From the NCBI GenBank assembly GCA_945787615.1, contig CALZJI010000062.1:1-52571 (forward strand): DNA of 52,571 nucleotides, given 5' to 3'. Positions within the stretch are counted from its first letter, which is position 1; every line of letters begins with the position of its first letter. The position numbers were made by a program, and so were the translations under genes. Under the pieces are notes generated by a model. It saw only the letters and a list, made by a program, of their open reading frames with translations, ran no database searches and was not told the DNA's origin. Positions 32,539 through 43,180 of the stretch are shown here, one piece after another. Source of the DNA: an uncultured Chromatiaceae bacterium (lineage in GTDB: Bacteria; Pseudomonadota; Gammaproteobacteria; JAADHS01).

Positions 32539-32629
32539 GGGCCGCGGAAAATAATAATTATCCAAAGATTGCGCCTTGAATCTGAGCAAAAAGACAAGCA
32601 AGGTTTGGATAGTTTTTTTTCCGTGGCCC
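32539..32629 (-). mobile_element. MITE-like element, internally deleted or rearranged copy D (91 bp)
   Basis: Both termini are intact (GGGCCGCGGAAAATAATAATTATCCAAAG ... GGATAGTTTTTTTTCCGTGGCCC), but the central 70 bp are missing. The flanks are TAA and TTA. Confidence 0.8.
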
Positions 32630-32890
32630 TTAGCCCGCCAAACCCAGCCCCTGACTGCTTCTGTTCCGTGAATTTGTTGTAGTATAATTGCTAAGGGTAT
32701 TCGTAACCCTATTTACCTGGACTCAGGTTCTAGACCTACCGTTTAAGATGAAAATATTTTTGTAATCAGGTAGAGTTTCGGGTTCAGTTTTGAGTGGTCG
32801 GGATTCAGTATCGATGACTTTACGTATGTTAGCTAGATGCGGGTGAGTCCGTGGCCAAGCCGTCCATCAATTTAAGGTGTGAGAGAAACT

Positions 32891-33565
32891 ATGCCAGATT
32901 ACAAAATTGCGCCGTCTATACTGTCCGCGGATTTTGCGCGGTTGGGCGAAGAAGTTACGAACGTGCTGGAAGCCGGCGCGGATATCGTTCATTTTGACGT
33001 TATGGACAACCATTATGTGCCCAACTTAACCATTGGACCGCTTGTATGTGAAGCGTTGAGGAAACACGGTATTTCGGCCGACATCGATGTTCATCTTATG
33101 GTGAAACCCGTCGATCGTATTATCCCTGATTTCGCCAAGGCTGGTGCAACGTACATTACGTTTCATCCCGAAGGGTCTGAACATGTCGATCGCTCCTTGC
33201 AGCTGATTCGTGATAACGGTTGTAAGTCGGGGCTTGTGTTTAATCCTGCGACACCGTTAGATTATTTGAGGTACGTGCTAGACAAGGTAGATATGGTGTT
33301 ACTTATGTCGGTTAATCCTGGCTTCGGTGGTCAAAAATTCATTCCGAACACACTCGAAAAACTGGGCGAAGCTCGAAAAATAATCGACCAAAGCGGCTAT
33401 GACATCCGTCTCGAGATTGACGGGGGTGTAAAGATAGATAATATACGAGAAATCGCCGAAGCGGGAGCGGATACGTTCGTCGCGGGTTCGGCCATTTTTA
33501 GTACCGATGACTATAAGGCCACTATTAACAGCATGCGAGCTGAATTGGCCAAAGTGAGCGGCTAG
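32891..33565 (+). CDS. rpe: Ribulose-phosphate 3-epimerase
   Basis: The sequence contains [28 protein letters not shown] and [12 protein letters not shown]. The ATG is at 32891. Confidence 0.95.
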   Translation: MPDYKIAPSILSADFARLGEEVTNVLEAGADIVHFDVMDNHYVPNLTIGPLVCEALRKHGISADIDVHLMVKPVDRIIPDFAKAGATYITFHPEGSEHVDRSLQLIRDNGCKSGLVFNPATPLDYLRYVLDKVDMVLLMSVNPGFGGQKFIPNTLEKLGEARKIIDQSGYDIRLEIDGGVKIDNIREIAEAGADTFVAGSAIFSTDDYKATINSMRAELAKVSG

Positions 33566-33587
33566 CCTGCTGGTTCGTGAAAGGTGT

Positions 33588-34268
33588 ATGATGTTGAAAA
33601 ACCCACAGATGATACTAATTGACCTGGACGGCACGCTCGTGGACAGCGTACCGGATTTAGCCTATTGCGTCAACGCGACCATGGATCGCCTTGAACGCCC
33701 TCGCTGGAGCGAAGAGAAAGTTCGGGAATGGGTAGGCAATGGCGTTGAGCGACTGGTAAAAAGGTCGCTTGTTGGGCAACTTGACGGCGAGCCAGATGAG
33801 CAGCTCTATAACGAAGGCTTGGCGATTTTTATGGAGGTTTACTCTCACAATATTAGTGGTCGTAGCCACCTTTATCCTGGGATTCTCGAAGGGCTTGACC
33901 AACTTAAAGCGATGGAATTTAGACTTGGCTGCGTGACCAATAAGGCTGCTCAGTTTACTGAGCCATTGTTACAAGACATGGGTATCTACGACTATTTTGA
34001 AGTCATTGTTAGCGGGGATACAACGGCTAAGAAAAAACCGGATCCCATGCCGTTACTCCATGCAGCGGAGGCGTTAGGCGTTGCGCCGACGTCTTCGCTT
34101 ATGGTGGGCGATTCGGTAAACGATGTGACCGCTGCTCGTAGGGCAGGATTTCAAGTGGTTTGTGTACCCTATGGCTATAATCATGGCAACGATATTTGCG
34201 ACGCTGAACCGGATGCGGTTATTGAGACCTTAGCGGCATTACCGCCGTTACTGAAACAAACAGCCTAG
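33588..34268 (+). CDS. gph: Phosphoglycolate phosphatase (HAD family)
   Basis: HAD motifs DLDGTLVDS and VGDSVNDV are present. The rpe-gph-trpE order matches known synteny. Confidence 0.85.
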   Translation: MMLKNPQMILIDLDGTLVDSVPDLAYCVNATMDRLERPRWSEEKVREWVGNGVERLVKRSLVGQLDGEPDEQLYNEGLAIFMEVYSHNISGRSHLYPGILEGLDQLKAMEFRLGCVTNKAAQFTEPLLQDMGIYDYFEVIVSGDTTAKKKPDPMPLLHAAEALGVAPTSSLMVGDSVNDVTAARRAGFQVVCVPYGYNHGNDICDAEPDAVIETLAALPPLLKQTA

Positions 34269-34401
34269 CAATGTCGAATAGCGGATGAGGTTGACACACG
34301 GGGCGAACGCGTTTGGTCGCAGGATTATCTGGAAGCGAGGCACGCCGTGGCAAACTCGGTTATGATTCTGAACGACTGCCTTTGGTAACCTCCAGTTCGC
34401 T

Positions 34402-35898
34402 ATGGAAGCTCTAATGACCCCTCAAGAATTTGAGTCTCTCGCCGCCCAAGGCTATAACCGCATTCCGCTCATGGCCGAGGTGCTTGCCGATCTCGATACG
34501 CCGCTGAGCACCTATTTAAAACTCGCATCTGGCCCCCGCTCTTACTTGCTTGAATCGGTTCATGGCGGAGAAAAGTGGGGGCGTTATTCCATTATCGGGC
34601 TCCCCTGTCGAACGTCGCTCAGGATCTCTGGAAACGATATCGTTATCGAGACCGACGGACAAGCCGTTGAGCGTATCACCGCAGCGGATCCGCTTGCTTG
34701 GATTGAAGGTTACGCTGCCCAGTTCAATGTGTCGACGCTCGACAATTTGCCGCGGTTTACGGGGGGATTGGTTGGTTATTTCGGTTATGACACGGTACGT
34801 TATATTGAACCGCGTTTAAGCCGATCTAAACATCCCGATCCGCTGGGAACACCCGATATTCTTCTGCTCATTTCAGAGGAAGTTGTCGTATTCGATAATC
34901 TACGCGGCAAGTTATATGTGGTGGTGCACGTTGACCCCTCGCAATACGAGGCGTATCTCGCGGGGCGCCAGCGGCTTGACGAGCTAGTCTCACGGCTGCG
35001 ATCGAATAGACCCCAATATGCGTCGACCGAAACGGGTCGCCACGTGGATGAGTCAGAGTTTGTTTCCGGTTTTACCCGAGAGCGCTACCAACAGGCGGTT
35101 GAGCGAATAAAAGATTACATCAATGCGGGCGACGTTATGCAGGTGGTGCTGTCGCAACGTTTGTCCATACCGTACCATGCGCCGCCACTGAGTCTTTATC
35201 GCGCACTGCGCAGCCTCAATCCATCACCCTATATGTTTTATTTTGACTTGGGTGATTTTCATGTCGTTGGCTCGTCGCCCGAGATCCTTGTTCGTCTGGA
35301 GGATGGCGTCGTCACCGTTCGCCCCATTGCGGGAACACGGCCGCGAGGAACGACGGATGAGGAGGATAACGCATTGGAACGGGATTTGCTGGCCGACCCC
35401 AAAGAGCTGGCCGAGCATTTAATGCTTATTGACTTAGGTCGTAACGACGCTGGCCGTGTGAGCGAGACCGGTAGCGTGAAAGTGACTGAGCGAATGGTTG
35501 TCGAGCGCTATTCTCATGTTATGCATATTGTGTCCAATGTAACCGGTAGGCTAAAACCGGGCATGGACGCGATTGATGTATTACGCGCGACGTTTCCTGC
35601 AGGCACGGTCTCTGGGGCGCCAAAGATCCGCGCTATGGAAATTATCGACGAGCTGGAGCCAGTAAAGCGAGGCGTTTACTCGGGAGCCGTGGGCTATTTA
35701 GGCTGGGCCGGTAATATGGATACGGCCATTGCCATCCGCACAGCGGTTATCAAGAACCAAAAATTGCATATTCAAGCTGGCGCGGGAATCGTCGCCGACT
35801 CTATACCGAGTAACGAATGGGACGAAACCATGAATAAAGGACGGGCTATTTTTAGGGCTGTGTCCATGGCTCACGCCGGGCTGGATCGATCATTATAG
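34402..35898 (+). CDS. trpE: Anthranilate synthase component I
   Basis: 498 aa with [14 protein letters not shown] and [15 protein letters not shown]. An alternative ATG lies at 34414. Confidence 0.95.
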   Translation: MEALMTPQEFESLAAQGYNRIPLMAEVLADLDTPLSTYLKLASGPRSYLLESVHGGEKWGRYSIIGLPCRTSLRISGNDIVIETDGQAVERITAADPLAWIEGYAAQFNVSTLDNLPRFTGGLVGYFGYDTVRYIEPRLSRSKHPDPLGTPDILLLISEEVVVFDNLRGKLYVVVHVDPSQYEAYLAGRQRLDELVSRLRSNRPQYASTETGRHVDESEFVSGFTRERYQQAVERIKDYINAGDVMQVVLSQRLSIPYHAPPLSLYRALRSLNPSPYMFYFDLGDFHVVGSSPEILVRLEDGVVTVRPIAGTRPRGTTDEEDNALERDLLADPKELAEHLMLIDLGRNDAGRVSETGSVKVTERMVVERYSHVMHIVSNVTGRLKPGMDAIDVLRATFPAGTVSGAPKIRAMEIIDELEPVKRGVYSGAVGYLGWAGNMDTAIAIRTAVIKNQKLHIQAGAGIVADSIPSNEWDETMNKGRAIFRAVSMAHAGLDRSL

Positions 35899-35927
35899 CG
35901 GTAGACGTAGAACGTATCGATGCAGCC

Positions 35928-36509
35928 ATGTTGTTAATGATTGATAACTACGATTCGTTTACTTATAACCTGGTTCAATACTTCGGCGAGCTGGGAGCTG
36001 AGGTGCGCGTCTACCGGAATGATCAAGTAAGTGTTGCCGATATCGAGGCCATGGGCCCGAATCAGATTGTCATTTCACCCGGTCCATGTACGCCAAACGA
36101 AGCCGGGGTATCGGTTGAAGCCATACAACAATTTGGCGGTACAGTTCCTATCCTTGGCGTATGTCTTGGGCATCAGAGTATCGGCCAAGCGTTTGGCGGC
36201 AAGATAATTCGAGCCAAGGAAATCATGCACGGTAAAACATCGCGAATACATCACCGGGGTGAGGGTGTATTCACGGGGTTACCTGACTCGTTTGAAGCGA
36301 CGCGCTACCATTCATTGGTTATTGACCGCGCTTCGTTGCCGGATTGTCTAACCGTCACCGCTTGGACGGAAAATGAAGAGGGCGGCATAGACGAGATAAT
36401 GGGCGTTCGCCACAACGCATACTCCGTCGAGGGTGTGCAGTTTCATCCGGAATCAATCTTGACGCAACACGGTCATCAATTGTTAGAGAATTTCCTGAAG
36501 ATGGCTTAA
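35928..36509 (+). CDS. trpG: Anthranilate synthase component II (glutamine amidotransferase)
   Basis: The sequence contains [25 protein letters not shown] and VQFHPES. Confidence 0.9.
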   Translation: MLLMIDNYDSFTYNLVQYFGELGAEVRVYRNDQVSVADIEAMGPNQIVISPGPCTPNEAGVSVEAIQQFGGTVPILGVCLGHQSIGQAFGGKIIRAKEIMHGKTSRIHHRGEGVFTGLPDSFEATRYHSLVIDRASLPDCLTVTAWTENEEGGIDEIMGVRHNAYSVEGVQFHPESILTQHGHQLLENFLKMA

Positions 36510-36661
36510 CCGCGTTTAACATCGGCGACCGCTAGGCAGAGCGAAACGCTATGGTAAAAAACGGTGCATAAAGTTTAAACCACTACAACAAGAATATAGC
36601 CTGTCTATAAATTTGGTAAGGGTTAAAATCGACGCCAATGATGTCGGCGGTAAAGAAATAA

Positions 36662-36863
36662 GGGCTCGCGCAAGAATAAGTTTACATTTTGAGCGTTGAG
36701 GCGCCCGCCTGGCAAGGCGCGAAAACGCAGGAATATGCGCATATTTCAAGTTTTCGCAACGCTACCGCGTCCTGCTCTTGCCCCTTACCTACGTCCATGT
36801 AGGCAACGCAGCCAGGCGGGATGCAGCGATGTTCAAAATGTGAAGTTATTTTTGCGCGAGTCC
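36662..36863. mobile_element. 202-bp palindromic element with ~52-bp imperfect terminal inverted repeats (type 3). Its termini are related to the main MITE.
   Basis: GGGCTCGCGCAAGAATAAGTTTACATTTTGAGCG... at 36662 matches the reverse complement of 36811-36863 (GGACTCGCGCAAAAATAACTTCACATTTTGAACA...) at about 41 of 52 positions. The centre carries AATATGCGCATATT. The flanks are TAA and TAG. Confidence 0.55.
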
Positions 36864-37014
36864 TAGGAGCGGGTAAAACATTGGCGTATGGGCCAATCAT
36901 TGATAGATCACTGAACAAAAGAAAAAAAGCGAAAAACTGCGCTTTCCGTTTTCTAGAAGAGTAGCCGAAGTCCCACGTCGTTGGATACTCAACCAGTCGA
37001 GGAAAAGTCGGACC

Positions 37015-38034
37015 ATGGACATGCAAGCAGCAATACGTGCCGTAACTGAGCAGCGCGACTTGTCATCATCGGAAATGCAAGCCATTATGCGCACCATTAT
37101 GACCGGTGAGGCAACACCCGCGCAAATCGGCGGTTTTCTCATTGGTCTCCGGATGAAAGGCGAAACTGTTGACGAAATCGCTGCGGCTGCACACGTAATG
37201 CGCAATTTGGCTGAGCGTGTAATCGTCGACGCACCTAACTTAGTCGACACTTGCGGGACAGGTGGTGATGCGGCCGGTACATTCAATATATCTACGGCGA
37301 GCGCCTTCGTTGTCGCGGCGGCGGGTGGCCATGTGGCGAAGCACGGAAATCGATCAGTTTCCAGTAAGTCGGGAAGTGCCGATGTTCTAGAAAAGGCCGG
37401 CGTGAAGTTGGACATTACTCCAGATCAGGTCGCGCAGTGCATTCGCGAGATTGGCGTGGGTTTCATGTTCGCGCCATTACATCATAGTGCCATGAAACAT
37501 GCGATTGGACCGCGTCGTGAGATGGGTGTGAGGACGTTGTTTAATCTTCTTGGGCCATTAACTAATCCGGCGGCGGCACCTAATCAAGTGTTAGGGGTGT
37601 TTAGCGACCAATGGATAGAGCCGTTAGCGCACGTTCTTGATAAGTTGGGTAGTCGTCATGTTATGGTTGTGCATGCCGAAGACGGTATGGATGAAATGAG
37701 CATCTGCGCGCCGACGCGCGTGGCAGAGCTAAACGATGGTAAAGTAAGCACATATATCATTACGCCCGAGCAGTTTGGACTATCTCGCGCTGAGGCGGAT
37801 GCTTTGGCCGTGAACAGCGCCGAACAAAGCTTGGCCATTATTAGAGCTATATTTGCTGATAAAACAGGTCCGGCGCGCGATATCGTCGTGTTAAACGCGG
37901 GCGCTGCGATATATACGGCTGGACTGGTGGGCAGCATGGACGACGGTATAAAAAAAGCACAGGGTGTGATAAGTGATGGTAGCGCGGGCGAGAAGTTGGA
38001 CCAACTTGTCACGTACACCAATAGGCTTGGTTAA
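37015..38034 (+). CDS. trpD: Anthranilate phosphoribosyltransferase
   Basis: The sequence contains [18 protein letters not shown] and [18 protein letters not shown]. Confidence 0.95.
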   Translation: MDMQAAIRAVTEQRDLSSSEMQAIMRTIMTGEATPAQIGGFLIGLRMKGETVDEIAAAAHVMRNLAERVIVDAPNLVDTCGTGGDAAGTFNISTASAFVVAAAGGHVAKHGNRSVSSKSGSADVLEKAGVKLDITPDQVAQCIREIGVGFMFAPLHHSAMKHAIGPRREMGVRTLFNLLGPLTNPAAAPNQVLGVFSDQWIEPLAHVLDKLGSRHVMVVHAEDGMDEMSICAPTRVAELNDGKVSTYIITPEQFGLSRAEADALAVNSAEQSLAIIRAIFADKTGPARDIVVLNAGAAIYTAGLVGSMDDGIKKAQGVISDGSAGEKLDQLVTYTNRLG

Positions 38035-38046
38035 GTAAGCGTCGCT

Positions 38047-38841
38047 ATGTCAGCACCTGATATTTTAACTACGATTCTGCGACGTAAAGCAGAAGAAATT
38101 GCCGAACGCTCCACGCGTATTCCTATGAATACCCTGCGCGAACAAGTCACGTTGGTGTCGGCGCCCCGTGGCTTTGTAGACGCAATTAAATCCTCCATTG
38201 TTCAAGGCCGTTCCGCCGTTATCGCTGAAATCAAGAAGGCTTCGCCCAGTAAAGGCGTGTTACGAGCGGACTTTGACCCGCCAGCTATCGCGCGCAGCTA
38301 CGAAGAAGGTGGCGCGACCTGTTTGTCGGTGTTAACCGATAAGGACTTTTTTCAGGGATCGGATCAGTATCTCCGCGCGGTGCGCCAGGCCTGCGCGTTG
38401 CCGATCTTGCGTAAGGACTTTATCGTCGATCCGTACCAAGTATATGAAGCGAGAGTAATAGGCGCCGACTGCATTCTTCTCATCGTTGCGGGGCTTGGCG
38501 ACGTCCAAATGCAAGAATTAGCGCAATTAGCAACGGAACTCAGTATGGACGTGTTAGTCGAAGTTCATGACCGTGGTGAGTTAGAGAGAGCGCTTAAGCT
38601 AAACTTACCCATCGTGGGTATTAATAACCGCGATCTCCGAACCTTTGACACCACCCTTCGGACGACCATAGATCTGTTGAACGATATTCCCCACGACGTT
38701 GTTGTGGTAACCGAAAGTGGTATTCTCTCGCGACAGGATGTTAAGCTTATGCGGGATTACAACGTCCATGCGTTTCTTGTCGGTGAGGCGTTTATGCGTG
38801 CCGCGAATCCGGGGCGGCAACTGGCCGAACTGTTCTTCTAA
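38047..38841 (+). CDS. trpC: Indole-3-glycerol phosphate synthase
   Basis: The sequence contains [29 protein letters not shown] and INNRDLRTF. Confidence 0.95.
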   Translation: MSAPDILTTILRRKAEEIAERSTRIPMNTLREQVTLVSAPRGFVDAIKSSIVQGRSAVIAEIKKASPSKGVLRADFDPPAIARSYEEGGATCLSVLTDKDFFQGSDQYLRAVRQACALPILRKDFIVDPYQVYEARVIGADCILLIVAGLGDVQMQELAQLATELSMDVLVEVHDRGELERALKLNLPIVGINNRDLRTFDTTLRTTIDLLNDIPHDVVVVTESGILSRQDVKLMRDYNVHAFLVGEAFMRAANPGRQLAELFF

Positions 38842-38844
38842 ATC

Positions 38845-38870
38845 CCCGCCTTCGTTGCGCGGTTTTTTTT
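38845..38870. terminator. Weak hairpin plus T8 run between the convergent trpC and crp genes
   Basis: The stem is short (CCGC...GCGG) and is followed by TTTTTTTT at 38863-38870. Confidence 0.35.
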
Positions 38871-38890
38871 GTCAATCCTCTACGGTTTTT

Positions 38891-39553
38891 TCAGGCCTGT
38901 GCGCGCAGCTTATCGCGATCGCCAAATACCACGATGGTTTTGCCCTTCACTGAGATCAGATCTTGCTGTTCAAGGTTCTTTAGCACACGGCCAACCATTT
39001 CGCGAGAACAGCCGACAATACGACCTAGTTCCTGGCGCGTAATGCGTATTTGCATGCCATCGGGATGTGTGACGGCGTCAGGCTCTTTACACAAATCCTG
39101 GAGCGTACGCGCGATTCGCCCGGTGACATCCATGAAGGCCAACCGGCTAACTGCGCCGCTCGTACGACGCAAACGTACTGCCATTTGTCCGGCCAGCGCA
39201 AACAAAATATCCGGATCTTCGCGGGCCAGGCGACGGAACTTGCCATAGCCGATTTCGGCGATTTCACAGGCGGAACGAGCACGAATCCATGCGCTACGGT
39301 CCCGTTCGTCGTCGAAAAGACCCATTTCGCCGAAGAAGTCTCCTGGGTTGAGATACGCCAGCACGATTTCGCGACCGCTATCGTCTTCGATCAACACGCT
39401 GACTGAACCCTTCACCACGTAATAGAGCACGTCGGGTGTGTCGCCTGCGCAAATAATGACGCTTTTCGTCGGGTAACGACGTTGGTGGCAATGGGCAATA
39501 AAACGTTCGATTACTGGATTCGACGCGGCCGGTTTAGTTAATATACTCCCCAT
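38891..39553 (-). CDS. crp: cAMP receptor protein (Crp/Vfr)
   Basis: The sequence contains [53 protein letters not shown] and the helix-turn-helix [20 protein letters not shown]. The ATG at 39553 has a GGAAGG Shine-Dalgarno sequence and is preferred over the track start at 39631. Confidence 0.9.
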   Translation of the reverse strand: MGSILTKPAASNPVIERFIAHCHQRRYPTKSVIICAGDTPDVLYYVVKGSVSVLIEDDSGREIVLAYLNPGDFFGEMGLFDDERDRSAWIRARSACEIAEIGYGKFRRLAREDPDILFALAGQMAVRLRRTSGAVSRLAFMDVTGRIARTLQDLCKEPDAVTHPDGMQIRITRQELGRIVGCSREMVGRVLKNLEQQDLISVKGKTIVVFGDRDKLRAQA

Positions 39554-39882
39554 AATACCTTCCTGATGCCCCTGCATTGTTGAGTGTGCTCCTATAACAT
39601 CGGCTGTTCGGGGGGCAAGTTTAGTGCCCATCGGATTTCGTCACAGCGTACCGCTCGGCGCTGAGGGTCTGTCCTGTGTGCTGACGGCCATCGCTGCAGC
39701 TGGCGGCCAAAGCGTAGATGGGGTTTCATCACCGCCCTAAGAGACGATTTGTTAGCCTGAGCAGACAACGCTTTCAGCGCGTGGGAGTGTCGCATTCCAC
39801 GTCAAGGAAAGACCGATGAGTCGAGCTATCCCTATGAATTTGAGAAAAAAATGTTCTAATGCAGATGCGGCGGTGAAGCTGC

Positions 39883-39888
39883 TATAAT
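39883..39888 (+). promoter_or_regulatory. Perfect TATAAT -10 hexamer upstream of the OsmC-family gene
   Basis: TATAAT lies 28 nt upstream of the ATG at 39916. No clear -35 is present. Confidence 0.3.
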
Positions 39889-39915
39889 CCCATCCCTTGT
39901 TTTTGGAGTAGGTTT

Positions 39916-40338
39916 ATGAAGGCACGCGTTAAGTGGGTTGAACACGCAACATTTGTAGGCGAATCGGGTAGTGGGCATGCTGTAGTTATGGACGGTCCGC
40001 CTGAGGCGGGTGGGCGTAACCTGGGTATTCGTCCCATGGAGATGTTGTTACTGGGAACAGGGGCGTGTACGGCTTTTGACGTGCTCCATATACTTAAAAA
40101 ATCCAGGCAACCGGTCACCGACTGCGTCGCAGAAATCCAGGCGGCAAGAGCTGAAACGGAACCGAAGGTCTTTACCACGATTCATATTCATTTTGTCATA
40201 ACGGGTAAGAAAGTGAGCCGCGCGGCGGTGGAGCGGGCAGTGAATCTGTCGGCAGAGAAGTATTGCTCAGCCTCAATTATGCTGGGTAAAACGGCGACGG
40301 TCACTCACGATTTTGAAATCGTTGATGATGAGGCTTGA
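39916..40338 (+). CDS. yhfA: OsmC-family protein (YhfA-like)
   Basis: 140-aa OsmC fold pattern with two cysteines (GACTAFD, EKYCSAS). It is divergent from crp, as in enterobacteria. Confidence 0.75.
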   Translation: MKARVKWVEHATFVGESGSGHAVVMDGPPEAGGRNLGIRPMEMLLLGTGACTAFDVLHILKKSRQPVTDCVAEIQAARAETEPKVFTTIHIHFVITGKKVSRAAVERAVNLSAEKYCSASIMLGKTATVTHDFEIVDDEA

Positions 40339-40468
40339 ATGCTTACCTGAAAATTTACAGCTGGGCATGCGTCTCTACTAAAAGTGAGTGATCCGCATAA
40401 CACCTCTCCGATTTTATAGTGACTTTTCTATGTTGCCCCACAGCTATCAACCGTCCATGAGTAGATTG

Positions 40469-41275
40469 ATGCCAAAGCTTAAATTACACGGGTTTAATAA
40501 CTTAACCAAAACACTAAGCTTTAATATTTATGACATTTGTTATACGCAAACAGCGGAGCAGCGTCGCCAGTATATTGAGTACATAGATAATGCCTATAAC
40601 GCAAAACGGCTGACTCAAATACTTACCGACGTATCTAACATTATTAGCGCTACGATTCTTAACATAGCGCACCAGGATTACGAGCCGCAGGGCGCCAGTG
40701 TCACATTGTTAATTTCGGAGGAACCGATGTTATCGGCGCAGCTTGCTAACGCGGAGGGGCCGGGGCCTTTACCTGATGCTGTGGTCGCCCACCTAGACAA
40801 GAGCCACATTACCGTTCACACCTACCCCGAAAGTCACCCTGACAATGGAATCAGTACCTTTCGTGTCGATATTGACGTGTCGACGTGTGGTCGAATTTCG
40901 CCTTTAAAGGCCCTGAATTACCTGATACATAGTTTCGAGTCCGATATCGTAACCATGGACTATCGTGTGCGTGGTTTTACCCGTGATGTGGAAGGAAGAA
41001 AACATTTTATCGATCATGAAATTACGTCCATACAAAATTACATTTCCATGGACACCAAGGAGCGGTATCAAATGATTGATGTTAACGTGTACCAGGAAAA
41101 CGTATTTCATACCAAGATGATCTTGAAAGAGTACGATTTGGACAATTATCTATTTTCGATCGAAAAGAGCGATTTGTCCGCGCTCGAGCAAAAGCGGATT
41201 AATCACCGGCTGCAGCGGGAAATGTCGGAAATTTTCTACGGTCGCAATATGGGTGAAGATGATTCGATGGACTAG
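40469..41275 (+). CDS. speD: S-adenosylmethionine decarboxylase proenzyme (E. coli-type)
   Basis: [25 protein letters not shown] and [17 protein letters not shown] closely parallel E. coli SpeD. The ATG at 40469 is preferred over the track start. Confidence 0.9.
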   Translation: MPKLKLHGFNNLTKTLSFNIYDICYTQTAEQRRQYIEYIDNAYNAKRLTQILTDVSNIISATILNIAHQDYEPQGASVTLLISEEPMLSAQLANAEGPGPLPDAVVAHLDKSHITVHTYPESHPDNGISTFRVDIDVSTCGRISPLKALNYLIHSFESDIVTMDYRVRGFTRDVEGRKHFIDHEITSIQNYISMDTKERYQMIDVNVYQENVFHTKMILKEYDLDNYLFSIEKSDLSALEQKRINHRLQREMSEIFYGRNMGEDDSMD

Positions 41276-41371
41276 CCCGCATATTTCAGCAGCGATCGTC
41301 GCGAGGGTGCGTTAGCCTCTATGGGCGGGGTTGCTGGGGGAATGCTTGATGCGGTGACCTTGGTCCCTCTG

Positions 41372-42019
41372 CTAAACGCGGTACGCCGTTCCTGTCATAA
41401 TTTTCGATGACAGGGTCATCAGTGATTTGATGGGTGTTGGCAGCTCGGCTCCCCCCGATTCGATCGCTACCGTGGCATGATGTAGTTCGTCCTCTTTCAT
41501 TTGCTCCAATATGGCTTCGCTCTTGCCTTCACCTTCGGGAAGCTTTCTTAGGTGTTCTTCTAGATGACGAACAACCTGACGTTCTGTCTCGGCGACAAAA
41601 CCCAGGCTCCACTTATCGCCTGCAATCCCAGCGATGGCTCCGATAGCAAATGAACCCAAGTACCAGAGGGGATTCAGCAGGCTGGTATGGCTGCCCATTT
41701 CTTCCACTCTCTGCTGACACCAAGCTAAGTGGTCGTTTTCCTCCAGCGCAGCTTGCTCCATTTTTTGGCGCACCTCCGGTAACCGGGCAGTGACCGCTTG
41801 CCCCTGGTAGAGCGCTTGCGCGGCAACTTCTCCGGCGTGATTGATGCGCATGAGACCGGCAATGTGTCGCTTCTCGCTCTCCGTGAGTTCTCGTTCCTCT
41901 CGCGCATCGCCAGGGTTAGGCCGTCCCGTGCCCCTCGGTTCAGCCAATACGGTTTGAAGCGCATTGCCTGCACTGATAAGCAGCCGATCGAGGGTTGAAT
42001 AGTTTCTCTGATTTCCCAT
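41372..42019 (-). CDS. coq7: Demethoxyubiquinone hydroxylase Coq7 (di-iron carboxylate)
   Basis: The sequence contains RINHAGEVAAQALYQGQ, EENDHLAW and EDELHH. The ATG at 42019 is preferred over the TTG at 42034. Confidence 0.9.
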   Translation of the reverse strand: MGNQRNYSTLDRLLISAGNALQTVLAEPRGTGRPNPGDAREERELTESEKRHIAGLMRINHAGEVAAQALYQGQAVTARLPEVRQKMEQAALEENDHLAWCQQRVEEMGSHTSLLNPLWYLGSFAIGAIAGIAGDKWSLGFVAETERQVVRHLEEHLRKLPEGEGKSEAILEQMKEDELHHATVAIESGGAELPTPIKSLMTLSSKIMTGTAYRV

Positions 42020-42428
42020 GTTTAGAAGATACAAGAACTACTGAGGCGATCGCAAGTACAAGAGCGGTTTTTTTTGTGATGTGGGCGTCATGGTTGAGGT
42101 CTCGGTAAACAGTAACGGACGTACCTTTGCGAAACCGTCTCTATAAAGAGGTCCACGAAAAAACCGCATTACACGCACCAATCCAGCACGCGTTTTAGTT
42201 TATAATTTATTATTAAGATCTGCCTTCTGGAACGTCGAAAGTGTAGGGAAACGTTGAGTTGAATGTGGTAATCAATAATTAGAACCAGCCTCCGGACACC
42301 TGTTTTTCTGCTTTTTATTCCGTTTCGTCAGTCTATTTCCAACCGGGTTAGCTAACAGAACTCGGCAAGTGTTGATGATGATAGGGCGACGGACGCCGAC
42401 CGGGCATAAAACCATACTTTAATAGAGG

Positions 42429-42464
42429 CGATAGGCCGTTCGTCGATAGGCCGTTCGTCGATAG
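42429..42464. repeat. Tandem direct repeat, 15-bp unit CGATAGGCCGTTCGT x 2.4
   Basis: Two perfect units at 42429-42443 and 42444-42458 are followed by a partial CGATAG. Confidence 0.9.
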
Positions 42465-42600
42465 CTTGCTTTACGTGTTAAACGTTTTTTTAATTGTTGG
42501 CGCGTATAAGAGGTGGCAGTAGTTGGAGAGACGAGAATTAAGGCGTTGTTTAATATATTTTTGATGCGAAGTATTTCCCACCTTGACGGCGCCCCTTATT

Positions 42601-42633
42601 AACGTTTAACATTTAGATATATTGTTAAACGTT
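42601..42633. promoter_or_regulatory. Inverted repeat AACGTTTAACAT-N9-TTGTTAAACGTT, a candidate operator upstream of the RHH gene
   Basis: The arms match at 11 of 12 positions and are centred about 96 nt upstream of the ATG at 42713. A third copy, TGTTAAACGTT, lies at 42476-42486. Assigning it a regulatory role is inference. Confidence 0.35.
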
Positions 42634-42712
42634 TCGTTGGTGAAAACGTAGGCGGCTCCCCAAGGGCTAGAAACGTTGTCGCTAACGCGCTCCGAAAAGA
42701 AGGGTAAGTACT

Positions 42713-43180
42713 ATGAAAAAAGCGGAAAACACCATGCGCGAACAGGCGCAACTTCGAGCCGAATCCATGAGAAACAAAGCGATGGCCGCGGCAAAAAAGC
42801 GAAAAGAAGAGTTTCTCGGCGCGAGGGTACCAAAAGAACTGCGCGATAGGGTCATCGAGGAAGCGAAAGAACAGGGTATTTCTGTGTCGATTCTGATCAG
42901 GAAAATTCTTGAGGAAGCCTTTAGTGATCAAGTTAGCGTGTCGAAAAGATACCAACATGGCGCTGCGCAACACAATTCCGTGTCTAGCGAGCGGAATATG
43001 GGGCCAGAGGCATTCCCTTCAGTATTGGGCTGGGAGGAAATCAAGCTAAACAGACAAGTCGCGTGTTCGGGCTGTGGTAGAACTTTGCAGCCCGGCGGAC
43101 AGGTAACGGTGGGTTTATCGGCAACGGGAGGAAGTCCGGTTGTGCTGTGTAATGGCTGTAAAGGATCTATTGAATATTAA
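42713..43180 (+). CDS. Ribbon-helix-helix (CopG/Arc-like) domain protein with a C-terminal CxxC...CxxC zinc ribbon
   Basis: The RHH pattern is FLGARVPKELRDRVIEEAKEQGISVSILIRKILEEAF. The C-terminus is CSGCGRTL-x24-CNGCKG. An AAGGG Shine-Dalgarno sequence precedes the ATG. Confidence 0.6.
   Translation: MKKAENTMREQAQLRAESMRNKAMAAAKKRKEEFLGARVPKELRDRVIEEAKEQGISVSILIRKILEEAFSDQVSVSKRYQHGAAQHNSVSSERNMGPEAFPSVLGWEEIKLNRQVACSGCGRTLQPGGQVTVGLSATGGSPVVLCNGCKGSIEY

Noticed and set aside
36897-37415. 172-aa ORF on the - strand
   Set aside because: It is antisense to the well-supported trpD gene and extends into the repeat-containing spacer. It has no motif support.
42599-42973. 124-aa ORF on the - strand
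   Set aside because: It is antisense to the RHH/zinc-ribbon gene and to its promoter region. It has no Shine-Dalgarno sequence and no domain signal.
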